Source of the DNA: Ylistrum balloti
Taxonomy: Eukaryota
Direction: 5' to 3'
Length of the DNA stretch: 64,000 nucleotides
Assembly (NCBI RefSeq): GCF_031769215.1
Contig: NW_026782196.1
Span: forward strand, 682,001 to 746,000
Within the stretch, counting starts at the first letter, position 1; each line of letters begins with the position of its first letter. A program made the translations under genes and the position numbers. Below, piece by piece: positions 46,601 to 61,600 of this stretch. The notes under the pieces are model-generated. The model saw only the letters and a program-made list of their open reading frames with translations. It was not told the DNA's origin and made no database searches.

Positions 46601-49600
46601 TGTGAATTTGAAAGTTTGTTATTGCTATTTCTTTAGAACTATGAAAAAATAAACTTTATTTATTTCACAACAATAGAAAAACAAGCTTTAAGCTTATATT
46701 AATAACTCTTGTTGGCCTGGATGGAAGTGTGCATGGGTCTTACTGTAGGAGGAAACTGGAGTACCTGGGAAAACACCTGGTTGGGCAGTTCATCTGATAC
46801 CTTTTTACGTCCATTCTGGAAATCAAACCCTGTACAGCTATGTAAAAGTTGAGTGCATTACAACTGTGGCACCCGACCACCAACTTTCAAAGAGCAAATA
46901 AAGATCAAGATGCCAAGATCCCTCTGGGATCTCTTGTTAAGTTTGATGGAGAAATTTAAAGAAGTAAACCACACCCAAGAAAAAGCTAACTTACAGTAAC
47001 TTAACCCTTTGTGTTAGTTTGTCTGTATACAAAACAAAACTTTATTAGTTTTGATAAATAGTCTAGAAACTTTTCATGAAAATTTGTCATGTTTTCTGAA
47101 GGAAATTTTACATTTAAGAAGTTAAGGAAAAATATGTGAAACTGTGACCAGTAATGAATTTAATCTGTTGCCCATGATGTTGAATGAAATACTGCAGTGA
47201 TCACACTTTATTGTTATTCTGGTCACAGGGGACATGGATATGCAAACAGTTGTATTTTGAATGTATTAGAATTGTTCATATATTGCCAGGCATGGTTTAT
47301 ACATACAGGGTACCTAAATGGTGTTTATATGATCAAATCATATGTTAATGAGTGTTTACATTATCAGTACTGGTGCTAAGGTATGTCCATTAAAGTTTGG
47401 TTAATCAGGTAGGATTTCATTGTTTATTATGTCACTTTCATCTGTTCAACAGTTTTATTTTTAATTATTTGCTAAATCTAGGTCTTACAGATGTCAGATT
47501 GTGTCAGTGTGTCAGTTTCTTGTAATATATTATCATTTAATGCAGTTTGGGGCATGATAGGTCTAAGTGTTGAAAGTCACAGCCACATGTCTTACTGTCC
47601 TACACTCAGCAGAATTACACAATGTCTGGTGTAGAAAGGTTACAAATGGTCATCAACATCTTTACAAGATCAAGTTATGTTGAGATGCATTTAATACAGC
47701 TGTTCATGGAGAAGCAGACTGGATTCACCAAGCAACATATCTGTAATAAGTGGGAGGTAAAGGAAGTAATGTTTGGGTCCTATCTCTCAGACATATTGTA
47801 AAGGAATCAATGTTTGGGTCCTATCTCTCAGACATATTGTAAAGGAATTAATGTTTGGGTCCTATCTCTCAGACATATTGTAAAGGAATCAATGTTTGGG
47901 TCCTATCTCTCAGACATATTGTAAAGGAATTAATGTTTGGGTCCTATCTCTCAGTCATATTGTAAAGGAATTAATGTTTGGGTCCTTTCTCTCAGTCATA
48001 GTGTAAAGGAATTAATGTTTGGGTCCTATCTCTCAGACATATTGTAAAGGAATTAATGTTTGGGTCCTATCTCTCAGACATATTGTAAAGGAATTAATGT
48101 TTGGGTCCTATCTCTCAGACATATTGTAAAGGAATCAATGTTTGGGTCCTATCTCTCAGACATATTGTAAAGGAATTAATGTTTGGGTCCTATCTCTCAG
48201 TCATATTGTAAAGGAATTAATGTTTGGGTCCTTTCTCTCAGTCATAGTGCAAAGGAATTAATGTTTGGGTCCTATCTCTCAGACATATTGTAAAGGAATT
48301 AATGTTTGGGTCCTATCTCTCAGACATATTGTAAAGGAATTAATGTTTGGGTCCTATCTCTCAGTCATATTGTAAAGGAATTAATGTTTGGGTCCTTTCT
48401 CTCAGTCATAGTGTAAAGGAATTAATGTTTGGGTCCTATCTCTCAGTCATAGTGTAAAGGAATCAATGTTTGGGTCCTAGCTCTCACAAAAATTGAAAAA
48501 TAAAAACTTGTCGAAAAGCAACCTCTTTGTTGAAACAATATTGATTTATTCAATAATTAATAATATTACACATGCATGTATGATGCATATAGGATGGGAA
48601 AACAAGCTTAGAGATATTAATTCATTAACTTTTACTGGCAGAAGTTTGTGATCTACCCAAATCCACAAGCAATAAGGTGTTTGATCAAATATATATAATA
48701 TATTGGTAGTGTAGTGGGCTGTGAACACTAGGATGTTAACCTGTGGCCTATAGTTTAATTACCATGGTCTTATTTCCTTAATGAATAATAAATGTAGTGG
48801 GCCTACAAGTATATCTTGATATGTTCTTATGATCAGTATCGGGATGTATAGTTCCTTAACTTAGTAAGATATGTAAATACTTACAAATGCCAGATGTTTT
48901 ATGTTAACACTTTTACATAATGTACATGCGATGTTTTTAAAACAAATGGCAATGATTAATTTCCAATAAAAAAAAGACAGGTTGTGCATTCATATGGTAA
49001 GGAACAAAACTATTGAATAATTTTGGTAACTCAAATACATTCATTTGGCATTGGGAAAAACTGCAATATAAAGTTTTTATATAGTCTGGTTATCTGTTGG
49101 TTGGACTAATCTGTTAAAAGAAATAGTGTGTAGGTTGAGTGATTTGTGCAGTGCATTGTCAGTTTATGGAGGTGATATGTTGATTGAGGTGGCCAGTTCA
49201 TAGAGGTGGCCTGTCTTTGAGGTGGACTGTTTATAGAGGTGGCCTGTCTTTGAGGTGGACTGTTTATAGAGGTGGCCTATCTTTGAGGTGGACTGTTTAT
49301 AGAGGTGGCCTATCTTTGAGGTGGACTGTTTATAGAGGTGGACTGTCTTTGAGATGGACTGTTTATAGAGGTGGCCTGTCTTTGAGGTGGACTGTTTATA
49401 GAGGTGGCCTGTCTTTGAGGTGGACTGTTTATAGAGGTGGCCTGTCTTTGAGGTGGACTGTTTATAGGGATAGTCTATTTAGTAGTGCTGTGGATAGTTT
49501 ATCTGATTACTGGCTCAGTATTCTTTTTTGATAATGAGCTATGATTTGGTTTATTGTTGCTTTACGTCCTATTAATTAACAGCCAGGGGCACTTGAAGAG

Positions 49601-52600
49601 GTGCCAGGTTTGGATTGTGGAGGAAAGTTGGAGGTCCCAGTGAAAAACCATCAAACTGTGGCCAGTACCTGGCAACTGCCCCACGTAGGTCTCAAACCCG
49701 TGACCCAATAGTGGAGGGCTTGTGATAAAGATGGTCAGACGTCTAAACCACTCGGCTACCACGGCCACCATGGCCATTTGTTTAAGAGCTATGACTTACA
49801 TAATAAATAGCTTGTAATGAACAGTCCATTGGCAGTGGTATTTAAAGTTTCAATGGGAAAGATAATATTTAGTATCTATATAATCAACTGTTTTGTTTTG
49901 AGTATTTAGTGATTGTTTCAATCAAGACACATGACATACCAATACAAAGTCAAATTCTGTTCTTTGGAGATTTCCATTTACACACCTGGCATTCAATATT
50001 GTCCATTTGTGGTGCTATATTGGACACACAATGGTATTGATGTAACATGTGTTGTGTATTGATATTTTGTAAACACACAAAGTCTTTCTAACTTGCTCCA
50101 AGCTTAATCAATACTCATACATTTTGTATAACAATATCTATATACAGTCTCTAAAACTACCAAAGCAATCTTCGATAGGGTGTGAAATATTTTGATTCTA
50201 AGAACAGAAAAGTTTCCTACTTGTTCTTCTGTTTAAAATATTGTTGAGAAAAACATCCTAAAACTGTGATACAAAGCTAACAAAACTGTGGATGAGACCT
50301 TCAAGTATATATTTATTGCTACTGTATACTAACCACTAAACAAGGTAACTGGAAACATAGTTATATATCTGTAATTATATTATCATTTTTACAGGATGTC
50401 CATAAACACAGCCAACACTGCTTTCCGATGTGTGTAGTCATGATAAGATTCTTTAATTGTCTTGAAGAGTACTTTTCCTGTTGATTTCCTGTATAATAAC
50501 GAAGGATATTCATTTTTTCCTGCCAGTTTCTCCTGTACTGATGATACAGTGTGCATATTTTCAGATGAAGACGACCTGTTGTTAGATTTAGGCAGTCCAA
50601 TGTTGAGTTCTTCATTGTCCTCACCCTCCTTTTCCCTCCAGAGGAATCGGGCCAGCGTAAGTATTTTATTTCAGTCTTCTGTCACCAGAATTTTGTTAAC
50701 ATTTCCGAAAGAGAGGAAGTTAATTTTTCAGATAAGTTTCTTTCCACACTAATGTACAAGACCAGCTGAAGTATCAGTGTAGTTTTTTGTTACACTTAAT
50801 TTCTTTGAAATATTCACAATGTTGTTATAGTTTTTTTGTTGCAATGAATTTCTTTGAAATATTCTCAGTGTTGTGATAGTTATAATGATGTTTTCTATAA
50901 CGTACATGTACCAGGAAGAGATTGTGACATGTAGACATTTTGTCATGTCCACAGACTATGAGATGTTATTACAAATTTCCTATTTCATTTCCTTAGATCA
51001 AGTATAAAACATGTGATATTAGTTCAGGTACATAATTTCCTTGAAAAATAAAGAAAATTAATAACAAAACTTGATATTGGTTTATCCCTTCATTTACCCC
51101 TGCACACTGAGTCAATTGGAAAAATTTCAGGCTAAACCAATACCATGTATTCCAAGTTAGTTAGTGATCTATTGTTTCTGAATCTACATACATAATGCAT
51201 GTAAATAACACTGATTGATTTTTTCCCAGTCCGAATCGAAGCTGTTTACCCCTCCTGCTGAGAAACGTACAGGGACCCCCTCAAAAATGTCCAAACGAGA
51301 ATCATTGAAGGTATGTTTATTATGCAAAATGTTTTTTAAAAATGCGTTTTATTTTTGTCTTTTCTAAATTAAATTTTATTTATTTTGCAATGAGTGAAAG
51401 TCTTGTTGCTATCACACATTGAATGTTTGTAGATGATTTTGTGAAATGAAAACATTCTGATTAATCAGATATTTGTGGAAAAATGAAAAAAAAATGGTTT
51501 TTAATCAATTTTGCAATTTTCAGAATGATTTTGTTTATCTTCATTCTGACATACATATATATGAACACATAAAAAGTAGAATTAGCTCTATATAACATTA
51601 CAGATGAACAAAAAATAGTTTATACATCACAAATTGCAGTAAAATCATTGCTAAAATTGTTTTCTGACAGAATTTTCTTGTTAAATATGGGTATTAAATA
51701 GCAAGGGCAAAGAAGGTTCAAAACAGTTTTTTGTTAAAAAAGATTAAATCTTTTTTCATCACCATTGGAGTCTTATCACCTGGATGTTGAAATCTTCATT
51801 AGTCTGGTTAAAAATGAGGATTAAGTTTAATATTGAAGTTATCTTTTAAATGCAACATCAGCCAGAAAGACATGAAAGTTAACTGAATGCTCAATTCCTT
51901 TCCTGTTTGATAGGCCAAATCTAGTTAGCCAGCATTTTATACCTGAATGACATAAGTTGGATTTTGGGATCTTTCTAAGTACTGTGTATATCTTTTAATC
52001 TTATATTTATCTTTGTATGGCATAGTCTGTTGTGTACTACACAGGATCATGAACAGTCAGTGTAATAGGGATAATATAGATAATGTGAACAATTTGATAT
52101 TCCTTAAAACAAGATGAAAATGGTAGTTATTAATATAAGAAAATAAAGATAAGTATTGAGTTTAGCATTTTGAATGCTTACTCGATAAAGGCAAATTCAC
52201 CTTGAATCACTACATGCTTCATTAAATTGTCCTCTGGTTGGCATTCATATGCCCATGAATGCCACTTGCAAAAATTTTTTTAAGTTATTTACTTAAAAAA
52301 CAAGTCACCAATAATCGAGGTCAAGTTTTGTATCAATGAACAAGTTGATTTGTTATTGTGAAGAAAGTTGAATAAAAGTACTGGGTACAAAGAAACTCAG
52401 CTATCTATCAGACCAGATGGTCAATGTGTCTGCCCACACTAGCTTCTACAATAACTAATGTTAGATAAGCTTCCTTGTGGTGATTTGTAGACTTTCTTCC
52501 AGACATACAGTGAGGTTCTCAATGATCTTTATTGATGATCTTGATACCTGGCTTAAGTAAGTACCATATAAACTTATGACGGATAACTGTGAAACACCAA

Positions 52601-55600
52601 GTTTTGTTCCAATAGTGTGTTTAGTCGCTATTCTAAGAGTAACTTGCTTTTGGTCCACAAGGTACAAAAGAAGTACTACCGCAACCAGAAGAAACAGGCG
52701 ACCAAGGAGTTGATGAGCACCCACAAGGATTCCTCTGTGATTGTTCTTGCTGATTGGCTTAAGGTTCGTGGAACGCTCAAAAGCTGGACCAAGCTGTGGT
52801 GTGTTTTAAAACCTGGACTCCTAGTATTGTACAAGAGCGAGAAACAGAAGGTAGGTCCTTTTATTACTTAGAGATGAGGGATATGTCCAAGGGAGGAAAA
52901 TGCTGGTTTTAGGTCGTTTTGTTGTAATACATGTTAGCTTCCATCAATAGTCTTTGAAATGCATCAGAGTTTATGAAAATTTGATAAATGTATCCTTATC
53001 ATCAGTTAAGTACACTTTGCCACCGTTCTTCATTTTCAATTAAGTACATGCAAATTGCTTTACAGAGTAGCCATTGGGTGGGTACTGTTCTCCTGAACAC
53101 GTGTCGTCTGATAGAGCGACCCTCTAAGAAGGACGGCTTCTGCTTCAAACTCTTCCATCCTCTCGACCAATCCATCTGGGCTACAAAGGTATTTCTGTCG
53201 TGCTACAAACTTTATAATGTTGATATATATATGAGCTAGATTTATTACTTAGATGGGCAGATTGACAGACAAATGTGGTAAAGTAAAAGAGTTTGGCTAT
53301 TTCAGTTTTATTTCTATACATTGGTAATAATAAGCTTTGTTTCTTATCTTGAACCATTAATAGCATTACCTCATTGCTTTTTAAAATTCTAAATAACACC
53401 AAAAATAAACCATGCCATTGTTATTTTACAGGGACCAAAAGGGGAGACAATCGGAGCCATCGTTCAGCCACTACCATACTCTTACCTCATCTTTCGGGCC
53501 CTGTCAGAATCAGCTGGTAAGTGAATTGCCTTACTTTTACTAGGAAAAAGCGGTTGATTGTTATTCAGATGGAGAGTGTCAAAGTTACTGTTTTAGCAAT
53601 TTTGGTGTTTTGTTAGTGACATATCCATACCCCGATTAAAATTGCACTCAAATTTGTGGTTTTTCCCAAACCTGATTAAACAATGAAGTGTTGAATAGAC
53701 ACCCTACTGTGCTGTGTACTAAGCTAATATTGAAATATGTTTAATGTAATTCACTGTGTATATTATACAGGGAAGTGTTGGTTGGCCACCCTTGACTTGT
53801 TGCTGTGCTGTGTATTAAGCTACTATTGAATTATTTTTAATGTAAATTACTGTGTATATTATACAGGGAAGTGTTGGATGGATGCCCTTGACTTGGCCCT
53901 GCGGTGTACTGGGCTGCTGATGAAGTCCATGAAGAAAGACCCCCACCTGGTACAGGGAGAGAACCCTGATACTCCAGACACCCTCTTACCCCCTTCAACA
54001 GAACAAGAACAACTGAATGATAGTGACTGTGAGAAACATTTTGCTGGTGTAGGTGAGTTGTCATATCCATGTGATATTTGTCCATTGTCCTAACATATTT
54101 GCACCTTCTACAGCTGTTGCTGAAGAAGCATACATTACTTGTACTCCTGGCAATTGAAATATACATGTATGAAATCTTTTTAACTCTATTTTCCTGTAAT
54201 AGATTTAGAGGACGGGGAGGGTAACATATATTCTCTATATCAGGGGGTTGAGCATAGGATAAGATATGGAAATCTTTGAAATGAAATATACAGTGGCTTA
54301 TTACCAGACATGGGCTTACTGAAGGGATAGACAACAGCCTTAGATATGGATGGGCTTATTACCAGACATTGGCTTACTGAAGGGATAGACAACAGCCTTA
54401 GATATGGATGGGCTTATTACCAGACATTGGCTTACTGAAGGGATAGACAACAGCCTTAGATATGGATGGGCTTATTATCAGACATTGGCTTACTGAAGGG
54501 ATAGACAATAGCCTTAGATATGGATGGGCTTATTACCAGACATGGGGTTACTGAGGGATAGACAACAGCCTTAGATATGGATGGCCTTATTACCAGACAT
54601 TGGCTTACTGAAGGATAGACAGCATCCTTAGATATGGATGGGCTTATTATCAGACATGTGGTTACTGAAGGGTAGACAACAGCATTAGATAAGGATGGGC
54701 TTATTACAAGACATGGTCTTACTGAGGGATAGACAACAGTCTTAGATATGGATGGGCTTATTATCAGACATGGGCTTACTGAAGGATAGACAACAGCCTA
54801 AGACATAGATGACCTAATTATCAGAAATCAGCCTATTGTTAGGTAGATTTGAAGTTAGACTTAACATGGTTCACCATATAACCATATGAAATCTGCATAA
54901 AACCCCTTTCTACAACTTGTTAAGATTGTAAATTATGTTACAGATCTTGAGGAAGATAGTCGGACAGACAGGGAGGAATTAAAGACTGATACGGAGTCAG
55001 ATACAGAGGAGGAAGAGGACAAAGTGTTTGATGAAATCAGTCAGCCAAGTGAGACATCATACATGGAGAATGTTGTCGAGGAATTAGGACAGGTAATGTT
55101 TTTTTGTAGCTGTATTTATGATTTTTTTCTTACAATATTGGTTTTTTTTTCTTTTCACAAGAAACAATATTTTTTTCATGGCTTGTAATGATGAATTGGA
55201 ATATCTTTCTGCAACACACAGATAGGTATTCAGAGTCATAGTCATATCAGAGGGCAAATCAACAGGGAAAATTAATGTTTTACACCAACACAAATAGAGT
55301 TAAGGGTGACTCCATCAGTACCACTGATGGGAACTGTAGTTTGTAGATATGTCCGATTGTCGGTCATTTTTTTCAGTCTCTATTGCACATTTTTACATAC
55401 GACTGCAGGTATTGCTAGTTTATCTGTGCTTGAGTATGCATATCTCTGAAAAAGACAGAATATTTCATATTAATATTTGATTATACACCTAAATATTTAC
55501 AGAGTTATGACCCTTTAATCCCCATTTGACTGTTTTTGGCATGGTATATATGATGAGATTTACACTTGTTAGGATGGGGAAGGATTGTGTAATAAGACTT

Positions 55601-58600
55601 GATAATGTGCCTCATAATGTGCAGAGTTGTGGCATTTTGTTTATATCAATACCAAAGTTTACCTTAAAAAGTGACAAATTATACGTCGTTTTTCGTCATT
55701 TGGTAGTTAAAAGTATTTGGATATTACTGTTAATCTAGACCTTGCAACAACTTATTATTTCATGAAATAGGATCTTCTTCCTATAAGAAATTATTATATT
55801 TTGCAGCAAGGGGATGCGTGCCAAACAGAAGAAGTTGATGATGAGAATAAAGGTCTGATCTGGACTCTGGTGAAGCAGGTGAGTACTATGTGTGACATCT
55901 CGTTGTATCAGAATATTTCAGCATTTTTTAAGAGAATATCAGCAAAATCCTCTTTGTGGAAAGGAGCTGCAATAGTTAACAGGTAGAGCATTTTATTTTA
56001 CAACCTTGGGTGAAGATCTGAGATGTGTGGTTTGGTCCATACATAAAGCAGATTGTGTGTCTGGATAAAGCTTTCCTTGAGAAAAATACTTTTCCCAAGT
56101 TACTTTGGATAGTTTTTGACAGACCTCCTGCATAATGTGGCTACCTACCACAATATGACAATGCATCAATATAATCCTAGAAAACATACAAATAAAACCT
56201 TGTATATGGTACCTACTCACTTATATCAGGTATATTGCATAAAGGTACATCCAAGAAAATGTTAAACATTGTAAGAAACTTTTAACTTAAACAATTAGCT
56301 TGATTGAAATACATGAAATTCTGTTAAATCAGTTAATACATCTATGTATTAAGTTAATGGTTGGTAGCAAAGCACTGTATGATTGAAAGTGCTGATTTGA
56401 TTAATGTAGTGGAAACAAACATGTTTGATATGGTCTTTGTTTGATATTCCAGGTACGTCCAGGTATGGATCTATCAAAAGTGGTGCTGCCAGCCTTTATC
56501 CTAGAGCCTCGCTCCTTCCTAGATAAACTGTCTGATTATTACTATCATGCAGACATTTTATCTGAGTAAGTATTCATCATAATGTTGTCTGGATTATGAA
56601 AAAATGTCTGAATTAGGAAATGTATTTTTATGAATAAATGTAGGAAAGATGTTTTATTATTATTGTAAGATCATATAAGTTCATAGTAGATCAGGAAAAT
56701 GACTTTTCAATTCTGCCTCAAGAACTCTTGTAGAATTAATTATGAAATATATCTATACTTGAATGCATAGCGTTAAACTTCAGTCTGAAACATTATATGT
56801 TGTTGAAATTGATTTAGAATCTTCTGTTGAACTACAGGGTCCAAAGAAATGAACTTCTTCAGGCCAATTTTGTACATTGGTTTGACCATTTAGTCTAGTG
56901 TTCTTCAATGAAATAAGATTAATGACAGACCTACTGACCTGTATTTAATTTCTGATTTAAAATGTTGAATCAGTTTAAGCAAAAATGTTCCCAAATTACA
57001 TAACATTTGACAGATGAGCTGAGTTCATTTCAATCAATTGGCTAATGAGTATTATTTTCATGACCAGAGCTGTGACATTAGAAGATCCCTACTCCAGGAT
57101 GAAAGGCGTTATCAAGTGGTACCTCTCAGGGTTCTATAAAAAGCCAAAAGTAAGATTTAGATATACCTTTCATATCTAGAAAGCATGAAAATGTCACTTT
57201 TTTATGTCTTTGTTACATGAACTCAGGTTTTTGCTATTTTAGCGACTGTCTTGGATTTTGGGTTAAAGATTATCATCGCTATTTTTAGAGGAATTTTTAA
57301 TTCCATCTAAACAAAAACAGATCAGAGAATAGAAAAAAGGAGAAAGATCCAACTTCTGAGGAACATATGAAGACTAAATAATGGTGGTCACCAAGATCTT
57401 TCTGGGTTTTCTTGTAAATATCATCAGGGGAAAAATTGGATATTTCAAATACAGGATTGGGCGTTAAGAAGATGTGTGCTGTTCTGTTGGATACATAACA
57501 GTATATTGATTGTTGATTTACAGGGCCTGAAGAAGCCGTACAACCCAGTCATTGGTGAATCATTCAGATGTTACTGGCAGCACACCAAGACGAAGAGTCG
57601 CACATTCTACATAGCTGAACAAGTAAGTTAGTCAACAATTAGGTTTGACTGATGTGTTGGGTCTGTATTTAAAAATTGCTGCTATCGATATTGTAGACTG
57701 TCTATGCATATCCTTTTAGGCCAAACAGGTAGATCTATATACTGTTGATTGTTCGTCATTTGAATCTGTGAAATGTTGTCTCAGATGAATGTACATTTGC
57801 AGATGAACATTATTTTGGTCCAAAACATGTAGATCTATAAACTGTTGATTGTGTATCATTAGAATCCATGAAATAACTTGTGTCTTTATCAGATATCACA
57901 CCACCCTCCAGTGACTGCCTTCCATGTGACTAACCGACATGATGGCTTTACGATCAGTTCAAGTATCCTGACAAAGTCCAAGTTTTATGGTGAGATTTAG
58001 AAACCCCACACAACAAATTTTTAACATTTAAGTTTTTTTCCTTAGAATATCTTTTTACCATAAACAAGTAATAAAAATTCATCAAATTCATTTTTGATTT
58101 TTTGTAGTTTATTAATAGAATCTTCCCCTACCCTGAGGATGTGATAGAGAAATCTCCAACCCGAGGGGTGATTTTTGTTGTTGTCTAACCCGAGGCTCTG
58201 CCGAGGGTTAGACTACAAAAAAATCACCCGAGGGTTGGAGATTTCTCTGTCACATCCTCCTTGGGTAAGGGTTGATTATTTTTCTCCCACCCCATTATTT
58301 CCCACCACGACGTAAAAAAAAATCCCACGGTACAAGTGCCTGAATGGCATATGAATATCACCATTCACGTTTCCAAAATTCTACATTCTTCCGCGAGAGC
58401 AAAATGACAGACTACAAACGCAATATGAATAACCATTAAAAATATTTATTTTTTGGAAATTAAATATTTTAATTAGCGATAGATACATGGAAATACTTGT
58501 ATTGAACAACATTTAACTCCGTATCATTTATTAAGGTAGGGTAGGCTTGCCGCGATGTCATGGACAAAAAGGGGATTTCCCAGTTTATAATGATGTCAAT

Positions 58601-61600
58601 TGTTTATGCCCGCGAAAAATTGCAATGGTGTGAGTGTCACGCGTGTGTTCATTCAGAATCAGAGTCATAGATGATCCTCCGACGTTTATTTGTGTTCACT
58701 GGACAAGTATTGTTATAGTTAATGTTAACTGTGATGTTACAGTCGCGCACTACGGAACCTGCAAACAAAGCATCCACTCGTCGGTTTGAGTCAGTTGTGA
58801 TAGCCGACTGAGGTCACCGAGTCATGTGGGATAGATTTATCCTCCATGGGTGTTCCATATGGGACATGTCTATCCTACATGGGCTGAGGTGGGAGAAAAA
58901 CATATTCTAGGGTTCTTTATGACCAAATTTCAGGAATTTATACGATGATTCTTGTTTGTCACAATATTTTTGTGTAGTGTTTTCAGATCAGTGTTTGTGA
59001 TTGTATTTGCTCACTGTTTCATTGTGTGTTTGTGTTTATTCAGGGAACTCCTTGTCAGCAATTTTGGATGGCACAGCAAAACTCACATTCCTGAAGCGAG
59101 GGGAAGATTATCTTGTAACTATGCCATATGCTCACTGTAAAGGTATGTTCATGTACTGTGATGTAAAATCAGAACCAGGTTATGTACTGTAACTTGGGTT
59201 AGATTTTGGTGCATCATCACTTTTATTGGTGAAACATTTTAGTTAAAAATTGGTACATTCACTTTGATTTCTGTATAAACAATGTTAACTGAAGTTGCAA
59301 TAAATCAAATCACATTTTAGTGTAATGTTTTCAGTGTAGAAAACAGTAAGATAAGATGATCTCTCATATATGTGTGTTTACAATATTAATACAAAGTTCA
59401 GTTACAGAGCTCAGTGATTTTCTGGGTTGGTATAATTGCAAATTGGCTTCTTAAGGAGTGAGAACATATCAAATTATAGATGTTTTAGAATGTTCATTTT
59501 AACAAAAATCTTAAAAATTGTAATGGAATTGAAATACATAATGTAAATCCAATTGAGACAAAGAGATCCATGCAAAGTCATTGATCAGGGGTCATGACTA
59601 GTCTTTGAAAAAAGCATATAAGTAAGATAAAGGGTCACCCAGCTGGTTTTACTGTTGGTAGGAATCCTAATAGGAACACTTACTATGGAGATGGGAGGCA
59701 AGGTGTCCATTGACTGTCCAAAAACAGGGTACAGGTGTGAGCTGGAATTCAAACTCAAGGTAAAACTTAAATGTAACACACTGGTCTCAAGAACTGGAAG
59801 CTGCCTTGAAAATTTTCAATAGAGTATTGCAAAGAACTCAGAAATATTGACGTCATGAAACTTGCCATAATATATTCAAAGCCATGGCATTGCTGTGTGT
59901 TTTCTTTGACAAAGTCTTGCTCAGCAATGTTATCAGTGTGACAGAGCCTTGCTCAGCAATGTTATCAGTGTGACAGAGCCTTGCTCAGCAATGTTATCAG
60001 TGTGACAGAGCCTTGCTCACCAATGTTATCAGTGTGACAGAGCGTTGCTCAGCAATGTTATCAGTGTGACAGAGCCTTGCTCACCAATGTTATCAGTGTG
60101 ACAGAGCCTTGCTCAGCAATGTTATCAGTGTGACAGAGCCTTGCTCAGCAATGTTATCAGTGTGACAGAGCGTTGCTCAGCAATGTTATCAGTGTGACAG
60201 AGCCTTGCTCAGCAATGTTATCAGTGTGACAGAGCCTTGCTCAGCAATGTTATCAGTGTGACAGATCCTTGCTCAGCAATGTTATCAGTGTGACAGAGCC
60301 TTGCTCAGCAATGTTATCAGTGTGACAGAGCCTTGCTCAGCAATGTTATCAGTGTGACAGAGCCTTGCTCAGCAATGTTATCAGTGTGACAGAGCCTTGC
60401 TCAGCAATGTTATCAGTGTGACAGAGCCTTGCTCAGCAATGTTATCAGTGATAAGACTTTCAATGAAACACGTTCATTACTAATTAAAATTAAATGGAAA
60501 TTTTGTAGTATATAAGAGCGCTTATTTGCTTTTGGAAAAAAGTGTCATAATTAAGGATCCAAAAACTGGTATTTATTTGGTTTTTCAGCCGTTCTTAGGA
60601 AGTGGTGCTGCATCCAACAGAATATCTGGGAAGATAAAGATGGGTTCAGACACATTGGCTCATGTGGAAGGACACTGGGACCAGGAAGTTTTTCTCAAAG
60701 AGAAGGGCTCGTCGGTTAGTTCAGTTTCCAATTGACTGAGTGGAGCAGAAATATTATTGTATCCTGTCTTAGTTCTGAAACATTTTTTTACTGAAATATC
60801 TGTTTTTTGGCAGTTGATTTCCTACCTTGTGTAAATATAGTGAGATATTTGTAACCAGCTCTCTTTATTCATCAGACTAGAGCCTTAACTAATGCTGAAG
60901 AAATTTGTTTACGTGATAAGCAGTTGGTGACAACCAACAATTGGAAAGTGCATTTTATTTTTGTTGCATAGTTATCACTGTTACGGTATTTTCAGGAAGC
61001 TGAATTGTTCTGGAGCCCAACACCAGAAGTGAAGAGTCAGAGGTTACTGCGTTATACAGTTCCTGTGGATTCTCAAGGAGACATGGAATCAGAGAGGCAA
61101 GTTGTTCTGTAGTACTGATACACACAAAAAATCCTTCAAAATGTTCAACCACTTTTCCTTTTAAGTGTATTTAGATATCTATCAGATCAGTTATTAGCAC
61201 TTTCTGTACACTTTAGATTTAAGATCATAATTTCTATGACAATAGATGGGGTGATTTCATGTAATATTAGGATTTGTGACAGATTGTCATGTAATTTTTA
61301 TACATTACAAATTAAACATATATTTCAATTCCTATATAACTTATAGAGAGGATCTGAGATGAGCTTCTTTTTCATACCATGTTAATGAAACAATCATAAG
61401 GAATTCATTGTATTGTTCTCAAGCTACTTTCTAGCTAGCAGAAAAAAATTGTGGCCTGTTTCAGGAATCTCAAATGAAATGGAAGAACCTGTAACCCTGG
61501 AAATATCCTATTTATCACACAATCAAAATTATTTGAAAAAATAGCTTGTGCTTTCATTGGACCTTTCTTTTGTGATGGCATATAACATCAAAATATTGAA

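Noticed and set aside
16420-60450. Arrays with 25-41-bp units resembling CRISPR repeats
   Set aside because: The units are directly adjacent with no unique spacers, there are no cas genes, and the context is eukaryotic introns.
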